From NCBI GenBank assembly GCA_002269645.1, contig NIVC01000991.1, forward strand, positions 62,001 to 126,000: a DNA stretch of 64,000 bases. The letters run 5' to 3'. The position numbers were made by a program, and so were the translations under genes. This DNA is from Macrostomum lignano. Lineage: Eukaryota. Below, piece after piece: positions 1 through 10,625 of this stretch. Under the pieces are notes generated by a model. That model saw nothing but the letters and a program-made list of their open reading frames with translations. It searched no databases and was not told the DNA's origin. Each line of letters starts with the position of its first letter. Position 1 is the first letter of the stretch.

Positions 1-1075
1 TGGAGTGGGGGAGAATGAGGGAGAGTGGGGAGAGTGGGGGAGAGTGAGGAGAGTGAGGAGAGTGAGGAGAGTGGAGTGGGGGAGAATGAAGGAGAGTGGG
101 GAGAGTGGGGGAGAGTGGGGAGAGTGGGGGAGAGTGAGGAGAGTGAGGAGAGTGAGGAGAGTGAGGAGAGTGAGGAGAGTGGGGGAGAGTGAGGAGAGTG
201 AGTAGAGTGAGGAGAGTGGAGTGGGGGAGAATGAGGGAGAGTGGGGAGAGTGGGGGAGAGTGAGGAGAGTGAGGAGAGTGAGGAGAGTGGAGTGGGGGAG
301 AATGAGGGAGAGTGGGGAGAGTGGGGGAGAGTGGGGAGAGTGGGGGAGAGTGAGGAGAGTGAGGAGAGTGAGGAGAGTGAGGAGAGTGAGGAGAGTGGGG
401 GAGAGTGAGGAGAGTGAGTAGAGTGAGGAGAGTGGGGGAGAGTGAGGAGAGTGAGTAGAGTGAGGAGAGTGAGTAGAGTGAGGAGAGTGGAGGAGAGTGG
501 AGGAGAGTGAGGAGAGTGAGGAGAGTGAGGAGAGTGAGGAGAGTGAGTAGAGTGAGGAGAGTGGAGAGAGTGGAGGAGAGTGAGGAGAGTGAGGAGAGTG
601 AGGAGAGTGAGGAGAGTTAGGAGAGTGAGGAGAGTGAGGAGAGTGAGGAGAGTGGAGTGGGGGAGAATGAGGGAGAGTGGGGAGAGTGGGGGAGAGTGAG
701 GAGAGTGAGGAGAATGAGGAGAGTGAGGAGAGTGAGGAGAGTGAGGAGAGTGAGGAGAGTGGAGGAGAGTGAGGAGAGTGGAGGAGAGTGAGGAGAGTGA
801 GGAGAGTGAGGAGAGTGAGGAGAGTGAGGAGAGTGAGGAGAGTGGAGGAGAGTGTTGAGAGTGAGGAGAGTGGAGGAGAGTGTTGAGAGTGAGGAGAGTG
901 AGGAGAGTGAGGAGAGTGGAGGAGAGTGTTGAGAGTGAGGAGAGTGAGGAGAGTGAGGAGAGTGAGGAGAGTGGAGGAGAGTGTTGAGAGTGAGAAGAGT
1001 GGAGGAGAGTGTTGAGAGTGAGGAGAGTGAGGAGAATAGAGGAGAGTGGAGGATAGTGGGAGAGAGGGAGAGACC
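1..1075. repeat. 9-bp purine-rich tandem repeat (GAGGAGAGT)n with variants; truncated by window start
   Basis: Unit read directly from sequence; + strand nearly devoid of C. Confidence 0.95.
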
Positions 1076-1274
1076 GTGAGGGAGAGTGGAAGAGATTGAG
1101 GGTAGAGTGTCGGAGAGAGAGCTGCTTGTGGTGAGTCCTTTGACAAAGATAAGTCCAACGCCCCTTACAAATCCCACACACGGCCAGCCCCAGTCAGTCA
1201 AAGCATGCAAACAAAAATATAGTAAAAGAGTGATGAGAGACGGGACAGCTGTTTATTCCCCCCCCCCATCACCC

Positions 1275-1467
1275 ATGGGTTGATTTTGCACACCCGGCAA
1301 TCCGCAGCCAACGCGAGTGTAGAAGAGGAAAGTTTTAACGATTCGGCGGAAGCAGCTTCCAGCATCAATCGTTTGGACTCTGACAGATGGAAGTGATGAG
1401 TCAGACTTGCTTGTATATGATGGAGTGCGTCTGTTTGCGTTTCACGACAGAGTTTTGCAGCTTTCCT
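1275..1467 (-). other. Possible isolated coding exon of an unresolved gene
   Basis: Non-repetitive, stop-free minus-strand frame (KAAKLCRETQ...CRVCKINPW) between two arrays, bounded by a candidate cag acceptor and TGG|gtgatg donor. No recognisable domain. Confidence 0.2.
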
Positions 1468-1489
1468 GTCGGTGACATTTGTATATAGT

Positions 1490-2300
1490 GTATGTGATTG
1501 TAGTTTGGGATCATAGTGTATGGGATTGCAGTGTGGGATCATAGTGTATGGGATTGCAGTGTGGGATCATAGTGTATGGGATTGCAGTGTGGGATCATAG
1601 TGTATGGGATTGCAGTGTGGGATCATAGTGTGTGGGATTGCAGTGTGGGATCATAGTGTGTGGGATTGCAGTGTGGGATCATAGTGTGTGGGATTGCAGT
1701 GTGGGATCATAGTGTATGGGATTGCTGTGTGGGATCATAGTGTATGGGATTGCAGTGTGGGATCATAGTGTATGGTATTACAGTGTGGGATCATAGTGTA
1801 TGGGATTGCAGTGTGGGATCATAGTGTGTGGGATTGCAGTGTGGGATCATAGTGTATGGGATTGCAGTGTGGGATCATAGTGTATGGGATTGCAGTGTGG
1901 GATCATAGTGTGTGGTATTACAGTGTGGGATCATAGTGTGTGGGATTGCAGTGTGGGATCATAGTGTATGGTATTGCAGTGTGGGATCACAGTGTGTGTG
2001 TGTGACTGCAGTGTGGGATCATAGTGTATGGTATTGCAGTGTGGGATCATAGTGTATGGGATTGCAGTGTGGGATCATAGTGTATGGTATTACAGTGTGG
2101 GATCATAGTGTGTGGGATTGCAGGGTGGGATCATAGTGTGTGGTATTGCAGTTTGGTATCACAGTGTATGGGATAGCAGTGTGGGATCATAGTGTGTGGG
2201 ATTGCAGTGTGGGAGCATAGTGTGTGGGATTGCAGTGTGGGAGCATAGTGTGTGGGATTGCAGTGTGGGATCACAGTGTGTGTGTGACTGCAGTGTGGAA
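1490..2300. repeat. 28-bp minisatellite (GTGTGGGATCATAGTGTATGGGATTGCA)n
   Basis: Unit read directly; about 28 copies with point variants. Confidence 0.95.
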
Positions 2301-3179
2301 TTAAAGTGCAAGAGAAGTGAAGAGGAGAGAGGCAAGGGGAGAGTGAGCCACTCTCACAGTGAGTAGCTGCGTGCAAGAACCAAGCAAGAAGAAGCTGTGA
2401 CCCACAGCAGAAGTTTCCAATCGATAGTTAAACAAAAAGCATGCAACGTTCATGGTTCAGAGATAATTTCCTGAAAGAAACAGAGAGAGCTTAGCCATCC
2501 TTAAAGAGAAGCCACAGCAAGAAACAGAGCGAGAATCCGAATTAAGAATTGCTTCTAGGCGGGAAAATGGTAGGTAAATAATTCATTAGTGCGTCTGCCA
2601 CTAACACGAATATGTTTTCTTTCCTACGGTAGAAATTCTTCAGATCGATAATTCATTCGAGTCTCTAGGGGAAGAGTGGCTGTGTAGGGGCAAGGAGGTT
2701 CTACTTTTTCAGCTAAAATTTTGCGCGCCGAACAAGGCCGATTTCGGCTGAGCAGTAGGAGAAAAAATTAATGAGAGCTCAGCGCATAGGGAGACTGAAG
2801 GCTGAGGGAAGAGAGAAGAGAGATGAAGCCTACCGATGGGAATTTAGCACTCGATCAGGCCGCAGTCCCATGCCCGCAGGCAGTGCTTAGCCATCTGGAA
2901 ACGAGAAGATCGGGGCCGACTGGAGGACGGGGCGCAAGGAGAGGGACGCTTCGGTTGATGAGGCTGATGAGGTGCTGCTTTGGAGGCTGGGAAAGGATTA
3001 GAGAATTTCGGGTGCCGAATATAAAGCAAATATTCTCGGCACGTGGTTGAAGGAGAGAAGCACGGCTCAACAGTCTGATGCACGCTCCAATAGTCGAGTA
3101 CCTTTATGAGTTGCTGTGTAACCATATTAGTTCATGGACTCAGGGAACTGTGCCTAAAAGAGGCTGAGTTTGTTGGGCG

Positions 3180-3910
3180 TCTCAATCGTGGGTGAGGGAA
3201 AAGAGGCGGAGTGAGGTGGGTGTCTAAATAGTTAAGGAGGAGAGAGGCGAAGTGAGGTGGGTGTCTCAATCGTAAGTGAGGGGAGAGAGGCGTAGTGAGG
3301 TGGGTGTCTCAATCGTGGGTGAGGGGAAAGAGAGGCGGAGTGAGTTGGGTGTCTCAATCGTGGGTGAGGGGAGAGAGGCGTAGTGAGGTGGGTGTCTCAA
3401 TCGTGGGTGAGGGGAGAGAGGCGTAGTGAGGTGGGTGTCTCAATCGTAAGTGAGGGGAGAGGCCGAGTGAGGTGCGTGTCTCAATCGTAAGTGAGGGGAG
3501 AGGCGGATTGAGGTGGGTGTCTCAATCGTAAGTGAGGGGAGAGGCGGATTGAGGTGGGTGTCTCAATCGTAAGTGAGGGGAGAGGCGGATTGAGGTGGGT
3601 GTCTTAATGTTGGGTGAGGAGAAAGAGGCGGATTGAGGTGGGTGTCTCAATCGTAAGTGAGGGGAGAGGCGGATTGAGGTGGGTGTCTTAATGTTGGGTG
3701 AGGAGAAAGAGGCGGATTGAGGTGGGTGTCTCAATCGTGGGTGAGGTGAGAGAGGCGTAGTGAGGTGGGTGTCTCAATCGTGGGTGAGGGGAGAGAGGCG
3801 TAGTGAGGTGGGTGTCTCAATCGTGGGGAGGGGAAAGAGAGGCGGAGTGAGGTGGGTGTCTCAATCGTGGGGAGGGGAAAGAGAGGCGGAGTGAGGTGGG
3901 TGTCTCAATC
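3180..3910. repeat. ~41-45-bp minisatellite (GTGAGGTGGGTGTCTCAATCGTGGGTGAGGGGAGAGAGGCGTA)n
   Basis: Period 43 measured between 3361 and 3404. Confidence 0.9.
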
Positions 3911-4596
3911 GTTGATTGAACTCAAAATTGCTCGTGTACGTCACGAGTAAAATTATTTATGTAACAAAGATCTTCAACAAGTGAAAAAAATGATTAGTAA
4001 TACCATGGTAGTATCGAAGACCTGGAAAATATGAATATTTTCTTGAGCAGGTATTAAATTATGAATTGGCAAGAAAAGAATCAGAAAGGTTGCAGTAATT
4101 TATTTTTGCACATGCAAGTATCGCATTTATTTTGCCTTTCGCCTTAACTCGTGCAGCCGAAGTGCTGCAATGCTATTGTGGCGGCCTACTAAAACGCTTT
4201 CGGTCCTTAAGAAGCTAAAAAGTTCGTACTCTACTTTGCTAAAAAAACGAAAAAGAAACACGCTCGTTACTCTCAGAAGAGAACTCACAACGCAGAGAAA
4301 AATAGTTCCTACTAAGGTCTAATAAATGCAATCTAAAAATCTATATATACAAACGCACTACTGTTGCCAAGTAGCAACGCACGGAAACGCGTCAACGCTC
4401 TGTCGGTTTTTTGCGTTCGTCAAAAATTTTCGAGGGGAAAAATTACGAGATTACACTTAATGACAGCTATGAAGTCCGCAAGTTCAGGACAGCCGGTCGC
4501 AGCGGGAATGCAGAGCTGCTGGAATATTTAGCACCTACTAACAGTACTATCAGCAACAACAAATCGATGTGCATCGGATGCGAAAATCAATGCCTG

Positions 4597-5052
4597 TCAG
4601 AGTCTCGCGCTGACGTCCCCAACTGCTGCTGCAGAGGGTGCCCGACCTCGGCCCATGGCGTAAGCCAACTGCGAGTTTAAGTCCCAGCCCATGGCTTTGT
4701 CCAGGGACCTCGCGCACATGCGCAGCGTCTTATCGTCTGGGGCGCAGACTACGACGCGGTGCGCATTGTGACCGAGGCGTCGGGTCCGGTCCTGCACCGT
4801 GATGAGGCAGCCGTGCCGCTGCCCGATGCTGTTGATGCGCCTGTCCTCGGGGTCTTCGAGCGCCGCTCTCAACTGCAGATTGTCGCGGACGATGAACTGT
4901 TGCGTCACCGGGACCAGCTTGACGCCTGAGCTCGCCTGCGTTCTCGACGGATGAGCCGGCGGCCGGGCGGCCACTACTGGCCTTGGACGGACGCTTCGTT
5001 GGCGTGCCCGGTTGTCCTTCGGTTTTTGGATGCGGTTTCGTCTGGCTGTCAT
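4597..5052 (-). CDS. 151-aa protein with Arg-rich N-terminus and a degenerate type-I KH-like domain
   Basis: ATG-to-stop ORF with GC-rich, exon-like composition. The pattern QQFIV-(helix)-RRINSIGQRHGC-LITVQ...HRVVVCAP-DDKTLRMCARSL matches the beta-alpha-alpha-beta-beta-alpha order of KH domains (by-eye alignment). Confidence 0.7.
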   Translation of the reverse strand: MTARRNRIQKPKDNRARQRSVRPRPVVAARPPAHPSRTQASSGVKLVPVTQQFIVRDNLQLRAALEDPEDRRINSIGQRHGCLITVQDRTRRLGHNAHRVVVCAPDDKTLRMCARSLDKAMGWDLNSQLAYAMGRGRAPSAAAVGDVSARL

Positions 5053-5079
5053 GCCACTTATATAGCTTGATTAGTACAG

Positions 5080-6785
5080 GGCTGTAGCCTAATGCTGGCG
5101 GTTGTAGCGTAGTGTTGGGGGTTGTAGCCTAGTGCTGGGGGTTGTAGCTTAGTGTTGGGGGTTGTAGCCTAGTGGTGGGGGTTGTAGCCTAGTGTTGGTG
5201 GTTGTAGCCTAGTGTTGGTGGTTGTAGCCTAGTGTTGGGAGTTGTAGCCTAGTGTTGGTGGTTGTTGCCTAGTGGTGGGGGTTGTAGCCTAGTGGTGGGG
5301 GTTGTAGCCTAGTTTTGGTGGTCGTAGCCTAGTGTTGGGGGTTGTAGCCTAGTGTTGGGGGTTGTAGCCTAGTGTTGGTGGTTGTAGCCTAGTTTTGGAG
5401 GTCGTAGCCTAGTGTTGGGGGTTGTAGTATATAGTGTTGGTGGTTGTAGCCTAGTGTTGGGGGTTGTAGCCTAGTGTTGGGGGTTGTAGCCTAGTGGTGG
5501 GGGTTGTAGCCTAGTGTTGGGGGTTGTAGCCTAGTGTTGGTGGTTGTAGCCTAGTTTTGGAGGTCGTAGCCTAGTTTTGGTGGTTGTAGCCTAGTGTTAG
5601 GTGTTGTAGCCTAGTGGTGGGGGTTGTAGCCTAGTGTTGGGGGTTGTAGCCTAGTGGTGGGGGTTGTAGCTTAGTGTGAGAGGGGTTGTAGCCTAGTGTT
5701 GGGGGTTGTAGCCTAGTGTTAGGGATTGTAGCCTAGTGGTGGGGGTTGTAGCTTAGTGTGAGAGGGGTTTTAGCCTAGTGTTGGGGGTTGTAGCCTAGTG
5801 TTGGGGGTTGTAGCCTAGTGTTAGGGGTTGTAGCCTAGTGTTGGGGGTTGTAGCCTAGTGTTGGGGGTTGTAGCCTAGTGTTGGGGGTTGTAGCTTAGTG
5901 TTGGGGGTTGTAGCCTAGTGTTGGGGGTTGTAGCCTAGTGTTGGGGGTTGTAGCCTAGTGGTGGGGTTGTAGCCTAGTGTTGGGGGTTGTAGCCTAGTGG
6001 TGGGGGTTGTAGCCTAGTCTTGGGGGTTGTAGCCTAGTGGTGGGGTTGTAGCTTAGTGTGAGGGGTTTTAGCCTAGTGTTGGGGGTTGTAGCCTAGTGTT
6101 GGGGGTTGTAGCCTAGTGTTGGGGGTTGTAGCCTAGTGGTGGGGGTTGTAGCATATAGTGGTGGGGGTTGTAGCCTAGTGTTGGGGGTTGTAGCCTAGTG
6201 TTGGGGGTTGTAGCGTATAGTGGTGGGGGTTGTAGCCTAGTGTTGGGGGTTGTAGCCTAGTGGTGGGGGTTGTAGCCTAGTGTTGGGGGTTGTAGCCTAG
6301 TCGTGGGGGTTGTAGCCTAGTGTTGGGGGTTGTAGCCTAGTCGTGGGGGTTGTAGCCTAGTGTTGGGGGTAGTAGCCTAGTGGTGGGGGTTGTAGCCTAG
6401 TGGTGGGGGTTGTAGCCTAGTGGTGGGGGTTGTAGCCTAGTGTTGGGGGTTGTAGCCTAGTGTTAGGGGTTGTAGCCTAGTGTTGGGGGTTGTAGACTAG
6501 TGGTGGGGGTTGTAGCCTAGTGTTGGGGGTTGTAGCCTAGTGTTGGGGGTTGTAGCCTAGTGTTGGGGGTTGTAGCGTATAGTGGTGGGGGTTGTAGCCT
6601 AGTGGGGGGGGTTGTAGCCTAGTGTTGGGGGTTGTAGCCTAGTGTTGGGGGTTGTAGCATATAGTGGTGGGGGTTGTAGCCTAGTGTTGGGGGTTGTAGC
6701 ATATAGTGGTAGGGGTTGTAGCCTAGTGTTGGGGGTTGTAGCCTAGTGTTGGGGGTTGTAGCATATAGTGGTGGGGGTTGCAGCT
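5080..6785. repeat. 20-bp minisatellite (GTTGTAGCCTAGTGTTGGGG)n, about 85 copies
   Basis: Unit read directly; TGTAGCCTAGTGGT variant units equal the 5' head of the SINE at 55212-55389. Confidence 0.95.
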
Positions 6786-6813
6786 ATATTAAAGTCATTA
6801 CCCAACTTTACAA

Positions 6814-7720
6814 TCAAAAGCAATGTGCAAGCATTTTACTAGCAATAATATTTACCGTTTCCAGTTTCACAGAGATTTCGTGACTAACAGTAGGCAGAAT
6901 CGAGGGCTGCGGCTGGACAGGCGTGCTTGGCTGGTGCCACCTGGGAGATCCAGATGAAGAACTGCTGGATCGAATGCTATTGTGCCGCTGCTGTTGCCGC
7001 TGCTGTTGCCGTTGCTGTTGTGGTGACAAGTTTGCAAAGTAAGGCGATGCGACTCGCTGCTGCTGCTGTTGTTGCTGCGGTAGCGGGGAAGGTGGCAGAC
7101 GAACAACGCTGCTGTGACCTCCGGTGCTGGCTGGACTTCTCGTTCGAAGTCTCGGCGTCGGCTCTGGCGTCGACGATTTCGCCAGATCAGATTCCGGGGC
7201 GCCTCTTTGTTGACGCCTCGGGCTGCATCGAAAATACGCATCGCCATCGGCCTGCAGCAGGCCCGAGTCCAGCATCTGGCCGAGCAGAGCTGACTCCAGC
7301 TTCTCAAGTAGTTGCGGTAGCAGCTTCTCGGTCAGGTAGGCCTGTGCCAAGCGGCGCAGGATGTGCAGCAGCTCGTGACGCGAGTAGGACCGACTGTGGC
7401 TGAGACTTTCAATGCCGGCTCGGATCAGAGCGGTCAGGCTGCTGGCGCCCACGGTGCGCTGCAGCAGTGCCAGGAGTTCGGCGTCGCTCGCCACGCACGC
7501 GGCGGCTGCAGGGCCGCGGCTGACAGTCGCCGATCCCGAGGCCGATCGGGCAGCTCGCAGCCGGCGCATAGCGGCAGCCAGGTCGCCAGCCGCTCCGACA
7601 TTGGTTGAGTCGCCTGCGAAGCTGGCGCCGGGAAACCGGCTAGAGCGCAGGATGGAGCAGTCGGACAGAGTGCTGCACACGCTGTCGCATAAGTCGTCGA
7701 TGCCTCGTCTGGAGTTTTGC

Positions 7721-7779
<59 letters not shown>

Positions 7780-8118
7780 TTGTTGTTGCTGTTGTTGTTG
7801 TTGTTGTTGTTGTTGCTGTTGTTGTTGTTGCTGCTGCTGTTGCTGTTGCAACTGTAACAGCAGAGGCGGAGAACGCGGGAAGATGTCAAACGAACGAAAT
7901 CGACTTCTGCGCTGCTGCTGCTGCAGCTGAGGCTGTTGTAGATTCTGTTTGTCTGGTAATTCTTTGCTTAGTCGTAACTTTGCAGCCTGTAATAGGCTTG
8001 GATTATGCAGAAATCTGCTACCTTCGTGCCTTGGTTGTTGCTGTTGCTGCTGTTGTTGTTGTTGTTGTTTACGTAGCAAACTGTTGGCGATGTTGTGGGG
8101 CAACTGCTGTTGCAGCAT
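6814..8118 (-). CDS. 434-aa polyglutamine protein with a central winged-helix/H15-like segment
   Basis: Long ORF, GC-rich outside the CAG/CAA tracts. Segment LIRAGIESLSHSRSYSRHELL...MLDSGLLQADGDAYFR resembles a linker-histone/winged-helix fold. Start codon uncertain; a spliced 5' exon is possible. Confidence 0.65.
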
Positions 8119-8625
8119 GCCTTGGTTTGGCTTGCCGAGTAAGGCCCGAAATGTAAACAGAAAAATTCTTATAGGATGCCTGCCTGTTTTGAATTTGCTA
8201 TCTTCAGCTTCTTAAATTCCTCGTTAAGATCTTCTTAGTAAGTATTGACTCAAGTGCCGCTCATGAGGCAGCAACGTAATCTGCACCTTGATTAGAATTA
8301 GAGCAACAATGTTTGGCTGGGATGTGGGCAGTGGGATAAACTGTCTATGGCTGGGGTCAGCTGGTGTCAGCCATGAGCTGTCTGTGCTCTTCATCAGTCA
8401 AGTAGTTTTGGAGCTTGTCTGCACGAGAATTGGCTTCGGTGGGTTGTCTTTCAATTCACTCCCCTTGAGTGCCAACCCCCCAAGGCGCAGAGGGTGTACA
8501 CGCCTGGCGATTAGACAGTCAGGGGCTGCTGTACACCCCTGTGTGAGCGTGTGCCTGCGTACAGTATGGGCGCGATTGGATGTGTTCAGGAGTCAGCGGA
8601 ATGGGCAGAATCGCCTTTTTTGAAG

Positions 8626-8775
8626 TCAAGTCAAGTCAAGTCAAGTCAAGTCAAGTCAAGTCAAGTCAAGTCAAGTCAAGTCAAGTCAAGTCAAGTCAAG
8701 CCAAGCCAAGTCAAGTCAAGTCAAGCCAAGCCAAGTCACGTCAGGTCAAGTCAAGTCAAGCCAAGTCAAGCCAAA
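8626..8775. repeat. Pentanucleotide microsatellite (AGTCA)n
   Basis: Read directly. Confidence 0.95.
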
Positions 8776-9104
8776 AGGACACCGCGAAACGCCTTGGGTT
8801 AGCTAGCTGCGATAGTGCATGGCTTTGTGGCAATGGCCTCTGTTAAACCTCTCCAACTTGCAATTATGAATTAATATTATGCAAGCTAAGCAATGTTACA
8901 GAGTAATTTACAGGAACACCGACAATTATTTTTAACATTGCTAGTCTGCCAGTGAAGTCAGCCATGCGATAAAAAGAACCAAATCAGACAAATTAATAGT
9001 TGGATCCGACATTTTTTCTAACACAGAACAATTTCCTGAGCTATAGAAGAGAGACACGGAGCGCTCAAAGCTGGTATAGTAGTTGTCAAGGAAAATCAGC
9101 GACA

Positions 9105-9461
9105 ATGGAAGTGGCAACGTTAACATTTTTCATAATTATTGGTTTCGTGTTCGCTTCAATACTGATGCTGCTCTGGTGCGCTCTGCGGCAGAGGTACGCC
9201 ACACCCGCTGCATCAGCGTTGAGCTCGGTTGGTCCTGAGCCGCCGCTGTCGTCGGAGCATCAGCCACAAGAGTTGCAGGGTCCAGGACTTGTGAGAGGAA
9301 CAACCGATCAGGTGATCACTTCCAGGCTTCACCAGCACTACCCTCACCGGTACCCGAAACCGCCGCCGAGCTATGATGAAGCGATGCTGGATTTCAGACA
9401 CCCACCGCCGCCTCCGCCGCCTCCACCACCGCCGCCGCCGCCGTGTATCGTGCACATGTGA
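9105..9461 (+). CDS. Small single-pass membrane protein (118 aa) with a PPxY motif and poly-Pro tail
   Basis: ATG at 9105 is in frame with ORF 9000-9461. N-terminal hydrophobic helix LTFFIIIGFVFASILMLLW followed by a basic stop (RQR), then PPPSY and poly-Pro. Confidence 0.7.
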   Translation: MEVATLTFFIIIGFVFASILMLLWCALRQRYATPAASALSSVGPEPPLSSEHQPQELQGPGLVRGTTDQVITSRLHQHYPHRYPKPPPSYDEAMLDFRHPPPPPPPPPPPPPPCIVHM

Positions 9462-10087
9462 CCAACAGGGACCCGCTAGAAGCTAGCGTTGTACCAGGAC
9501 GTCACGCTCATGTTCTAAGTAGAATTTATTTGATGGCCTAATTTCGCTGAAAAAAAGCATCATAATAAATCACCTTCTGGTACGTGTTCTTCTAGAAGAT
9601 CTTCTACTAACAAGCCAATAGAACTAATACAGGTTGGGCCATAGACAACTCGCAGATTTCTGACTTAGACTACACGACTTAAAGATAAGCAATCAGGTTT
9701 TCGGGCCTTAGAAGTTAAGCGACTTGAAAAAACTGCCATAGACTATGAGTTCTAGGGCAAGGAAATTAAGAGCCTGTATTGGAACCATGGATGCAAGAAT
9801 TTAGGTCAATAATTTGATGAAGTATTATAGCTCGTAATAAAGCGAAATTAGGCCTTTCATTGAATGCGAACGGTATGTCGTCCTAAACCGCGACTTCTAG
9901 CGCTCGTAGGAACCATGTGATATGCATGCGAAAACGTATTTGCTACTTGTAAATATTTATTGTTGTATGCCATTTTATATAGACTTCCTACGTGTACGTT
10001 CGACTAACCGGACACAGTGTCCATCACTCATTTTAATTTCTCAATATTTTTGGCTAACAATTTTTCGATAAACTGCGAGTTAAATGG

Positions 10088-10625
10088 ATCAGAGGGTCAA
10101 TGGGTGAGAGGGTCAATGGGTCAGAGGGTCAATGGGTCAGAGGGTCAATGGGTCAGAGGGTCAATGGGGTCAGAGGGTCAATGGGTCAGAGGGTCAATGG
10201 GTCAGAGGGTCAATGGGTCAGAGGGTCAATGGGTCAGAGGGTCAATGGGTCAGAGGGTCAATGGGTCAGAGGGTCAATGGGTCAGAGGGTCAATGGGTCA
10301 GAGGGTCAATGGGTCAGAGGGTCAATGGGTCAGAGGGTCAATGGGTCAGAGGGTCAATGGGTCAGAGGGTCAATAGGTCAGAGGGTCAATGGGTGAGAGG
10401 GTCAATGGGTCGGAGGGTCAATGGGTCAGAGGGTCAATGGGTTAGAGGGTCAATGGGTTAGAGGGTCAATGGGTCAGATGGTCAATGGGTCAGATGGTCA
10501 ATGGGTCAGAGGGTCAATGGGTCAGAGGGTCAATAGTTCAGAGGGTCAATGGGTAAGAGGGTCAATGGGTCGGAGGGTCAATGGGTCAGAGGGTCAATGG
10601 GTTAGAGGGTCAATGCGTTAGAGGG
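10088..10625. repeat. 16-bp higher-order repeat (GGGTCAGA GGGTCAAT)n
   Basis: Two alternating 8-mers read directly; the translated period of 16 aa equals 3 units. Confidence 0.95.

Noticed and set aside
2640-3120. Decayed retroelement gag-like fragments (also 26150-26300, AERRELELAQIKED)
   Set aside because: Only short charged coiled-coil-like stretches interrupted by stops; no LTR, PBS or pol evidence.
9444-9461. C-terminal CaaX prenylation signal in the PPxY protein
   Set aside because: The protein ends CIVHM, so the Cys is fifth from the end rather than fourth.
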